A stretch of 32,000 bases of DNA from assembly GCF_000195955.2 (NCBI RefSeq), contig NC_000962.3, positions 4,200,001 to 4,232,000 of the forward strand, read 5' to 3'. The position numbers were made by a program, and so were the translations under genes. Below, piece after piece: positions 24,985-32,000 of this stretch (positions are counted from its first letter, which is position 1; each line of letters begins with the position of its first letter). The notes beneath the pieces were generated by a model, which saw nothing but the letters and a program-made list of their open reading frames with translations, ran no database searches and was not told the DNA's origin. The stretch comes from Mycobacterium tuberculosis H37Rv. Lineage in GTDB: Bacteria; Actinomycetota; Actinomycetes; Mycobacteriales; Mycobacteriaceae.

Positions 24985-26985
24985 GTGGGCCTGTGGTTCG
25001 GTACGCTAATCGCTTTGATTTTGCTGATAGCGCCGGGGGCAATGGTTGCTCGCATCGCCCAGCTGAGGTGGCCGGTCGCCATCGCGGTTGGCCCGGCGCT
25101 GACATACGGCGTGGTGGCACTCGCGATCATCCCCTATGGCGCGCTCGGAATTCCCTGGAACGGTTGGACCGCGCTGGCCGCCTTGGCGGTGACGTGCGCT
25201 GTAGCGACCGGTTTGCAGCTACTGCTTGCCCGTTTTCGGGACCTCGACGCCGAGGCACTTGCGGTTAGCCGCTGGCCCGCGGTTACGGTCGCCGCCGGGG
25301 TGCTGCTGGGCGCCCTGTTGATCGGATGGGCCGCATATCGCGGCATACCGCACTGGCAGTCCATCCCCAGCACCTGGGACGCGGTCTGGCACGCCAACAC
25401 CGTACGTTTCATCCTGGACACCGGCCAGGCGTCCTCGACTCACATGGGGGAGCTTCGCAACGTCGAGACCCATGCCCCGTTGTACTACCCGTCGGTGTTC
25501 CACGGGCTGGTCGCGGTGTTCTGCCAGTTAACCGGCGCGGCACCCACCACCGGCTACACACTGAGTTCGCTGGCCGCCTCGGTCTGGCTGTTTCCGGTCA
25601 GTGCAGCCGTTCTCACCTGGCGCGCGGTGCGCTCACACCCGGGCGCGCTGTGGTCGGCCTCCTGCGCCTCGGCAGAGTGGCGCGCCGCCGGAGCGGCGGG
25701 CACCGCCGCGGCACTCTCGGCGTCGTTCACCGCGGTGCCCTACGTCGAGTTCGATACCGCCGCTATGCCCAACCTGGCGGCCTACGGCATCGCGGTGCCG
25801 ACGATGGTGCTGATCACCTCGACATTGCGGCACCGCGACCGCATCCCGGTGGCCGTGCTAGCGCTGGTCGGCGTCTTCTCACTGCACATTACCGGCGGTA
25901 TCGTCGTAGCGCTGTTGGTGTCGGCCTGGTGGCTTTTCGAGGCACTGCGGCATCCTGTGCGATCAAGGCTGGCCGACCTGTTGACGCTGGCCGGCGTGGC
26001 AGCGATGGCCGGGTTGGTCATGTTGCCGCAGTTCTTGAGCGTCAGGCAGCAGGAAGACATCATCGCCGGACACGCTTTTCCCACCTATCTCAGCAAGAAG
26101 CGTGGGCTGTTCGACGCTGTTTTCCAGCACTCCCGCCATCTCAACGACTTCCCGGTCCAGTACGCGCTCATTGTGTTGGCCGCCATCGGCGGGCTCATTC
26201 TGCTGGTCAAGAAGATCTGGTGGCCGCTGGCGGTTTGGCTGCTGTTGATTGTGATGAACGTCGACGCGGGAACACCGTTGGGCGGACCTATCGGAGGGGT
26301 GGCCGGCGCACTCGGCGAGTTCTTCTATCACGATCCGCGCCGCATCGCGGCGGCCACAACCCTGCTGTTGATGCTGATGGCAGGTGTGGCGCTGTTCGCG
26401 ACAGTCATGTTGCTAGTGGCCGCGGCGAAACGACTGACCGACCGTTTCAGACCCCAGCCGGTGTCTGTCTGGGCATCGGCGACCGCGACACTACTGATCG
26501 GAGCCACTCTGGTCAGTGCGTGGCATTACTTTCCCCGGCACCGATTTCTGTTCGGCGACAAGTACGACTCGGTGATGATCGACCAGAAAGATCTCGACGC
26601 CATGGCATACCTGGCGAGTTTGCCCGGCGCACGCGACACGTTGATTGGCAACGCCAACACGGACGGCACCGCGTGGATGTATGCCGTGGCCGGCCTACAC
26701 CCGCTGTGGACCCACTACGACTACCCGCTGCAACAGGGCCCGGGCTATCACCGGTTCATCTTCTGGGCCTATGGCCGCAACGGGGAGAGCGATCCTCGGG
26801 TACTCGAGGCCATCCAAGTCCTCCGTATCCGCTATATCCTGACCAGCACTCCGACGGTGCGGGGGTTTGCCGTGCCGGACGGACTAGTGTCGTTAGAGAC
26901 ATCGAGGTCGTGGGCGAAGATCTACGACAACGGCGAGGCCCGAATCTACGAATGGCGCGGCACTGCCGCAGCAACACACTCCTAG
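24985..26985 (+). CDS. Polytopic GT-C-like membrane glycosyltransferase (Rv3779-like)
   Basis: 666 aa with more than 10 hydrophobic helices and a C-terminal soluble domain. First gene of the co-directional cell-wall operon. Confidence 0.85.
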   Translation: MGLWFGTLIALILLIAPGAMVARIAQLRWPVAIAVGPALTYGVVALAIIPYGALGIPWNGWTALAALAVTCAVATGLQLLLARFRDLDAEALAVSRWPAVTVAAGVLLGALLIGWAAYRGIPHWQSIPSTWDAVWHANTVRFILDTGQASSTHMGELRNVETHAPLYYPSVFHGLVAVFCQLTGAAPTTGYTLSSLAASVWLFPVSAAVLTWRAVRSHPGALWSASCASAEWRAAGAAGTAAALSASFTAVPYVEFDTAAMPNLAAYGIAVPTMVLITSTLRHRDRIPVAVLALVGVFSLHITGGIVVALLVSAWWLFEALRHPVRSRLADLLTLAGVAAMAGLVMLPQFLSVRQQEDIIAGHAFPTYLSKKRGLFDAVFQHSRHLNDFPVQYALIVLAAIGGLILLVKKIWWPLAVWLLLIVMNVDAGTPLGGPIGGVAGALGEFFYHDPRRIAAATTLLLMLMAGVALFATVMLLVAAAKRLTDRFRPQPVSVWASATATLLIGATLVSAWHYFPRHRFLFGDKYDSVMIDQKDLDAMAYLASLPGARDTLIGNANTDGTAWMYAVAGLHPLWTHYDYPLQQGPGYHRFIFWAYGRNGESDPRVLEAIQVLRIRYILTSTPTVRGFAVPDGLVSLETSRSWAKIYDNGEARIYEWRGTAAATHS

Positions 26986-26988
26986 AAG

Positions 26989-27525
26989 GTGCGTAAGAGG
27001 ATGGTGATTGGATTGAGTACCGGCAGCGACGACGACGACGTCGAGGTCATCGGCGGCGTCGACCCGCGGCTGATAGCGGTGCAGGAGAACGACTCCGACG
27101 AGTCGTCGCTGACCGACCTGGTCGAGCAGCCCGCCAAGGTGATGCGCATCGGCACCATGATCAAGCAACTGCTCGAGGAGGTTCGCGCCGCCCCACTCGA
27201 CGAAGCCAGCCGCAATCGGCTACGCGATATCCACGCCACCAGCATCCGCGAACTCGAAGATGGTCTGGCCCCGGAACTGCGCGAGGAGCTCGACCGGCTT
27301 ACCCTGCCGTTCAACGAGGACGCCGTGCCCTCGGACGCCGAGTTGCGCATTGCCCAGGCACAGCTGGTCGGCTGGCTGGAAGGGCTGTTCCACGGCATCC
27401 AAACCGCGCTATTTGCTCAGCAAATGGCGGCGCGCGCGCAGCTGCAACAAATGCGCCAGGGTGCGCTGCCGCCCGGGGTCGGCAAGTCGGGCCAGCACGG
27501 CCACGGCACCGGACAATACCTGTAA
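26989..27525 (+). CDS. pafE: ATP-independent proteasome activator PafE/Bpa (Rv3780-like)
   Basis: 178 aa with an acidic N-terminus and a helical core. The extreme C-terminus is HGTGQYL-stop, with GQYL at 27511-27522. GQYL is the known 20S-docking motif. Confidence 0.85.
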   Translation: MRKRMVIGLSTGSDDDDVEVIGGVDPRLIAVQENDSDESSLTDLVEQPAKVMRIGTMIKQLLEEVRAAPLDEASRNRLRDIHATSIRELEDGLAPELREELDRLTLPFNEDAVPSDAELRIAQAQLVGWLEGLFHGIQTALFAQQMAARAQLQQMRQGALPPGVGKSGQHGHGTGQYL

Positions 27526-27528
27526 GCC

Positions 27529-28350
27529 GTGTCGGATCCGCACCATCCCCATATCCAGACGCACAACGCGTGGGTGGAGTTCCCTATCTTCGACGCCAAG
27601 TCACGTTCGCTGAAGAAGGCGGTCCTGGGTAAAGCGGGCGGCACCATCGGGCGCAACAACTCCAACGTCGTCGTCATCGAAGCGTTGCGCGACATCACCA
27701 TGGAGCTGAACCTGGGTGACCGGGTCGGTCTGGTCGGACACAACGGAGCCGGCAAATCGACGCTGCTACGCCTGCTTTCGGGCATCTACGAGCCCACCCG
27801 CGGCTGGGCGAAGGTCACCGGAAGGGTGGCGCCGGTCTTCGATCTGGGCATCGGCATGGACCCCGAGATCTCCGGCTACGAGAACATCATCATTCGTGGG
27901 CTGTTTCTGGGACAGACCCGCAAACAGATGCAGGCGAAAGTGGATGAGATCGCCGAATTCACCGAATTGGGCGAGTACCTTTCGATGCCGCTGCGCACCT
28001 ATTCCACCGGGATGCGAGTCCGCCTGGCGATGGGCGTGGTCACCAGCATCGACCCAGAGATCCTGTTGCTCGACGAAGGCATCGGCGCCGTGGACGCCGA
28101 CTTCCTGAGGAAGGCCCAGTCCCGGCTGCAGAATTTGGTCGAACGTTCCGGGATCCTGGTTTTCGCAAGCCATTCCAACGAGTTTTTGGCTCGACTATGC
28201 AAGACCGCGATATGGATTGACCATGGCGTCATCAGGCTCGCCGGTGGTATCGAAGAGGTGGTACGGGCCTACGAGGGTGAGGACGCCGCCCGGCACGTGC
28301 GCGAAGTACTGGCCGAGACCCAGGCCGACAGACAGAACGTCCAGGGATGA
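27529..28350 (+). CDS. rfbE: Polysaccharide-export ABC transporter ATP-binding protein (Wzt/RfbE)
   Basis: Walker A GHNGAGKST, signature YSTGMRVRL, Walker B ILLLDEG, H-loop ASHS. Starts 3 nt after the pafE stop. Confidence 0.9.
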   Translation: MSDPHHPHIQTHNAWVEFPIFDAKSRSLKKAVLGKAGGTIGRNNSNVVVIEALRDITMELNLGDRVGLVGHNGAGKSTLLRLLSGIYEPTRGWAKVTGRVAPVFDLGIGMDPEISGYENIIIRGLFLGQTRKQMQAKVDEIAEFTELGEYLSMPLRTYSTGMRVRLAMGVVTSIDPEILLLDEGIGAVDADFLRKAQSRLQNLVERSGILVFASHSNEFLARLCKTAIWIDHGVIRLAGGIEEVVRAYEGEDAARHVREVLAETQADRQNVQG

Positions 28351-29261
28351 CTGAATCGGTCTTCGCCGTTGTGGTAACCCACCGGCGCCCCGACGAGCTG
28401 GCCAAGTCGCTGGATGTGCTGACCGCCCAGACCCGGTTACCGGACCACCTGATCGTGGTCGATAACGACGGTTGCGGCGACAGCCCGGTCCGCGAGCTTG
28501 TCGCGGGACAACCGATCGCCACCACGTATTTGGGGTCACGCCGAAACCTGGGCGGTGCCGGCGGTTTCGCGCTGGGCATGCTGCACGCGCTGGCACAGGG
28601 CGCCGATTGGGTGTGGCTGGCCGACGACGACGGGCACGCGCAAGATGCTAGGGTACTGGCAACCCTGCTGGCGTGCGCCGAGAAGTACAGCCTCGCCGAG
28701 GTGTCACCGATGGTGTGCAACATAGACGACCCGACGCGGCTGGCGTTTCCGTTGCGGCGTGGCCTGGTATGGCGCAGGCGCGCAAGTGAATTGCGCACCG
28801 AGGCGGGCCAAGAGCTGCTGCCTGGGATCGCATCACTGTTCAACGGCGCACTGTTTCGGGCATCCACCCTAGCGGCGATCGGCGTGCCTGACCTGCGGCT
28901 GTTCATCCGCGGCGACGAGGTGGAGATGCACCGCCGGCTGATCCGGTCCGGTCTACCGTTCGGAACCTGTCTGGACGCGGCCTACCTGCACCCCTGCGGA
29001 TCAGACGAATTCAAGCCGATCCTTTGTGGCCGCATGCACGCCCAATATCCCGACGATCCCGGGAAGCGGTTTTTCACCTACCGCAACCGTGGCTATGTAT
29101 TGTCGCAACCCGGCCTGCGCAAACTATTGGCCCAGGAATGGCTGCGGTTCGGCTGGTTCTTCCTGGTGACCCGCCGCGACCCTAAAGGCCTGTGGGAGTG
29201 GATTCGGTTGCGCCGCCTGGGCCGTCGGGAGAAGTTTGGCAAGCCTGGAGGATCTGCATGA
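28347..29261 (+). CDS. glfT1: Galactofuranosyltransferase GlfT1 (GT2)
   Basis: 304 aa. GT-A N-terminus FAVVVTHRRPDEL. DxD region WLADDDGH. ATGA overlap with rfbE. Confidence 0.9.
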   Translation: MTESVFAVVVTHRRPDELAKSLDVLTAQTRLPDHLIVVDNDGCGDSPVRELVAGQPIATTYLGSRRNLGGAGGFALGMLHALAQGADWVWLADDDGHAQDARVLATLLACAEKYSLAEVSPMVCNIDDPTRLAFPLRRGLVWRRRASELRTEAGQELLPGIASLFNGALFRASTLAAIGVPDLRLFIRGDEVEMHRRLIRSGLPFGTCLDAAYLHPCGSDEFKPILCGRMHAQYPDDPGKRFFTYRNRGYVLSQPGLRKLLAQEWLRFGWFFLVTRRDPKGLWEWIRLRRLGRREKFGKPGGSA

Positions 29262-30100
29262 CATTCATGGATGCTCAAGCTAGCTTCCAGACACAGTCGC
29301 GGACACTGGCCCGCGTCCGAGGCGATCTGGTCGACGGGTTCCGCCGCCACGAGCTGTGGCTGCACCTGGGCTGGCAGGACATCAAGCAGCGGTACCGCCG
29401 CTCGGTGCTGGGGCCGTTCTGGATCACCATCGCCACCGGAACGACCGCCGTCGCGATGGGCGGCCTGTATTCCAAGCTGTTTCGGCTCGAGCTGTCTGAG
29501 CACCTGCCCTACGTCACGCTCGGGCTGATCGTCTGGAACCTGATCAACGCCGCCATCCTGGACGGCGCAGAGGTTTTCGTCGCCAACGAAGGTCTGATCA
29601 AACAGCTGCCGGCACCGTTGAGCGTGCACGTCTATCGGTTGGTGTGGCGGCAGATGATCTTCTTCGCCCACAACATCGTCATCTACTTCGTCATCGCGAT
29701 CATCTTTCCTAAGCCGTGGTCGTGGGCGGATCTGTCGTTTCTTCCGGCGCTGGCGCTCATTTTCCTCAATTGCGTTTGGGTGTCACTGTGTTTCGGCATC
29801 CTGGCGACCCGCTACCGCGACATCGGCCCGCTGCTGTTTTCCGTTGTGCAGTTGTTGTTCTTCATGACGCCGATCATCTGGAACGACGAGACCCTGCGTC
29901 GGCAGGGCGCGGGCCGCTGGTCGAGCATCGTCGAGCTCAACCCGCTGCTGCACTATCTGGACATCGTGCGGGCGCCACTGTTGGGCGCTCACCAGGAGCT
30001 GCGGCACTGGCTGGTGGTGCTGGTGTTGACCGTCGTCGGCTGGATGCTGGCGGCGTTCGCGATGCGGCAGTATCGCGCGCGGGTGCCCTACTGGGTGTAG
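29258..30100 (+). CDS. rfbD: ABC-2 type polysaccharide-export permease (Wzm/RfbD)
   Basis: 280 aa from ATG 29258 (ATGA overlap with glfT1). Six hydrophobic helices and an ABC-2 pattern. Confidence 0.9.
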   Translation: MTFMDAQASFQTQSRTLARVRGDLVDGFRRHELWLHLGWQDIKQRYRRSVLGPFWITIATGTTAVAMGGLYSKLFRLELSEHLPYVTLGLIVWNLINAAILDGAEVFVANEGLIKQLPAPLSVHVYRLVWRQMIFFAHNIVIYFVIAIIFPKPWSWADLSFLPALALIFLNCVWVSLCFGILATRYRDIGPLLFSVVQLLFFMTPIIWNDETLRRQGAGRWSSIVELNPLLHYLDIVRAPLLGAHQELRHWLVVLVLTVVGWMLAAFAMRQYRARVPYWV

Positions 30101-30255
30101 GGACTATTCCGGCGGCTATAGCCGACCGGCTTCTTTCACGCGGCTTGCGCGTGACGGGCCGCCGTTGATCTCAAGATCGGCTGGCAACGGCCGCGTACCA
30201 GCGGCAGCATGGATTAGGTTCACCGTTTGCCGATGAGGCTCAGAGGGCGGGACGG

Positions 30256-31236
30256 ATGGAAATACTTGTCACCGGGGGCGCGGGCTTCCAGGGAAGCCAT
30301 CTGACCGAGTCACTGCTGGCCAATGGGCATTGGGTCACTGTCCTCGACAAGTCTTCGAGGAATGCGGTTCGTAACATGCAGGGATTTCGTTCGCATGACC
30401 GCGCCGCGTTCATATCCGGTTCGGTAACCGACGGCCAGACGATCGACCGCGCGGTGCGGGACCATCACGTCGTATTTCACCTGGCCGCGCATGTCAACGT
30501 GGACCAGTCCTTGGGCGACCCGGAGAGCTTTCTCGAAACCAATGTCATGGGAACCTACCGCGTCCTGGAAGCCGTCCGGCGCTACAGGAACCGCTTGATA
30601 TACGTATCGACGTGCGAAGTCTACGGCGACGGACACAATCTCAAGGAAGGCGAACGACTTGACGAACACGCGGAGCTGAAGCCGAACAGTCCATATGGCG
30701 CTTCCAAGGCGGCGGCCGACCGCTTGTGCTACTCGTACTTTCGCTCCTACGGACTCGACGTCACGATCGTCCGTCCGTTCAACATCTTCGGCGTCCGCCA
30801 AAAGGCTGGGCGATTCGGCGCGCTGATTCCGCGGCTGGTCCGCCAGGGCATCAACGGTGAAGGCCTGACAATCTTCGGCGCAGGTAGCGCAACCCGGGAT
30901 TACCTGTATGTCAGTGACATCGTGGGCGCGTACAACCTGGTATTACGAACTCCAACCCTGCGTGGTCAGGCCATCAATTTTGCCAGCGGGAAAGATACCC
31001 GGGTGAGGGACATCGTCGAGTATGTTGCGGACAAGTTCGGTGCCAGGATCGAGCACCGCGACGCTCGCCCCGGAGAGGTCCAGCGCTTTCCCGCTGACAT
31101 TTCGCTTGCCAAAAGCATCGGGTTCCAGCCGCAAGTCGAAATTTGGGACGGCATCGATCGCTATATCAATTGGGCCAAGGATCAGCCCCAATACCCATAT
31201 GAGCAGGACGGGTTTAGCGGTTCCAGCGTTCTCTAA
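30256..31236 (+). CDS. NAD-dependent sugar-nucleotide epimerase/dehydratase (extended SDR, Rv3784-like)
   Basis: N-terminal ILVTGGAGFQGSH. Catalytic YGASKAAAD (YxxxK). 326 aa. Confidence 0.9.
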   Translation: MEILVTGGAGFQGSHLTESLLANGHWVTVLDKSSRNAVRNMQGFRSHDRAAFISGSVTDGQTIDRAVRDHHVVFHLAAHVNVDQSLGDPESFLETNVMGTYRVLEAVRRYRNRLIYVSTCEVYGDGHNLKEGERLDEHAELKPNSPYGASKAAADRLCYSYFRSYGLDVTIVRPFNIFGVRQKAGRFGALIPRLVRQGINGEGLTIFGAGSATRDYLYVSDIVGAYNLVLRTPTLRGQAINFASGKDTRVRDIVEYVADKFGARIEHRDARPGEVQRFPADISLAKSIGFQPQVEIWDGIDRYINWAKDQPQYPYEQDGFSGSSVL

Positions 31237-31319
31237 TACACCCGTCGCCGCCATCGTCTGCCGGTAAAGTGGGCCGAAATGGCGCGGAACTACCAGCTGG
31301 AAGGATTACCTCCCATTCG

Positions 31320-32000
31320 ATGGTGACCGTAGCACGCCGACCGGTGTGCCCGGTGACGCTGACACCGGGTGACCCGGCGCTAGCGTCGGTGCGCGACCTG
31401 GTCGACGCGTGGAGCGCGCATGATGCGCTGGCAGAGCTGGTCACGATGTTCGGCGGCGCGTTTCCGCAGACGGACCATCTGGAAGCGCGGCTGGCGAGCC
31501 TGGACAAGTTCAGCACGGCATGGGACTACCGGGCGCGCGCACGTGCAGCACGAGCGCTCCACGGCGAACCGGTGCGGTGCCAGGACTCCGGCGGTGGGGC
31601 GCGATGGCTGATCCCCCGCCTGGACTTGCCGGCCAAGAAGCGGGACGCGATCGTCGGGTTGGCGCAGCAGCTGGGGCTCACCTTGGAATCGACCCCGCAG
31701 GGAACAACCTTCGACCACGTTCTAGTCATCGGCACCGGACGTCATTCCAACCTGATCCGGGCCCGCTGGGCCCGGGAATTGGCAAAGGGTCGCCAGGTTG
31801 GTCACATCGTGCTCGCCGCCGCATCGCGTCGATTGCTGCCCTCCGAGGATGACGCGGTCGCGGTCTGTGCGCCGGGCGCACGCACCGAATTCGAGCTATT
31901 AGCGGCCGCGGCAAGGGACGCATTCGGCCTGGACGTCCACCCAGCGGTGCGGTATGTGCGCCAGCGGGACGACAACCCGCACCGGGACAGCATGGTGTGG
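31320..32000 (+). CDS. Hypothetical protein, N-terminal 227 codons; the gene runs off the right edge (Rv3785-like)
   Basis: Hand translation from ATG 31320 (adjacent GTG at 31323) is open to the window end: MVTVARRPVCPVTLTPGDPALASVRDLVDAWSAHDALAELVTMFGGAFPQTDHLEARL... Absent from the ORF track because no stop lies in the window. Overlapping minus-strand ORFs look like shadow frames. Confidence 0.6.
   Translation, partial: MVTVARRPVCPVTLTPGDPALASVRDLVDAWSAHDALAELVTMFGGAFPQTDHLEARLASLDKFSTAWDYRARARAARALHGEPVRCQDSGGGARWLIPRLDLPAKKRDAIVGLAQQLGLTLESTPQGTTFDHVLVIGTGRHSNLIRARWARELAKGRQVGHIVLAAASRRLLPSEDDAVAVCAPGARTEFELLAAAARDAFGLDVHPAVRYVRQRDDNPHRDSMVW

Noticed and set aside
25326-26996. A 556-aa stop-free ORF in an alternative plus-strand frame across the GT-C membrane protein gene
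   Set aside because: The translation is Arg/Gly/Pro-rich and low in complexity, which is typical of an off-frame reading of 65-70 percent GC DNA. The 24985 frame encodes a coherent polytopic membrane protein. This is a shadow ORF.
1-32000. A search for CRISPR arrays, rRNA, intact IS elements, MIRU-type long tandem repeats and toxin-antitoxin pairs
   Set aside because: I saw no regularly spaced 25-40-nt repeats, no rRNA-like segments, no intact transposase and no small two-gene TA-like cassettes. The only repeats are those listed as features.

Overview
High-GC actinobacterial chromosome. From the proteins I recognise it as the Mycobacterium tuberculosis complex, the segment equivalent to H37Rv Rv3753c to Rv3785 at about 4.20-4.23 Mb. 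That identification and all locus names are from memory and unverified. The clearest anchors are the 19-kDa lipoprotein antigen LpqH, TcrXY, ProXVWZ, GlfT1 and the GQYL-ended PafE/Bpa.

Gene order, left to right:
- Partial Rv3753c-like gene (-) and tyrA (+).
- A five-gene minus-strand operon: proX-proV-proW-proZ plus a glycolipid-binding-domain gene.
- A LapA-like membrane protein, then FadE36 (which reads as an APH-type kinase) and an SdsA-like alkylsulfatase.
- lpqH and the tcrY/tcrX two-component system.
- A lower-GC, signal-less GH25-like muramidase gene, a SAM methyltransferase, a SnoaL-like protein, a coiled-coil protein and a polytopic membrane protein.
- A frameshifted, truncated transposase remnant with its HTH partner gene, abutting tRNA-Arg(ACG) and tRNA-Ser(GCU).
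- hisC2, a DinB/TIGR03086-like protein, echA21 and lipE.
- A DUF222-HNH (13E12-type) gene whose reading frame runs antisense into tRNA-Ser(UGA).
- A quinone oxidoreductase and a class-V aminotransferase-like gene that appears to lack the PLP lysine.
- A tightly coupled cell-wall operon: Rv3779-like GT-C, pafE, wzt/rfbE, glfT1, wzm/rfbD.
- A lower-GC SDR epimerase/dehydratase and a partial Rv3785-like gene.

There is no rRNA, CRISPR array or intact IS element. Most extra ORFs in the six-frame track are high-GC shadow frames. I found no clearly novel multi-gene system. The observations most worth follow-up are the orphan endolysin-like gene, the two tRNA 3' ends flanked by mobile-element debris, the lysine-less aminotransferase fold, the proteasome activator embedded in the galactan operon, and several leaderless promoter-start modules.
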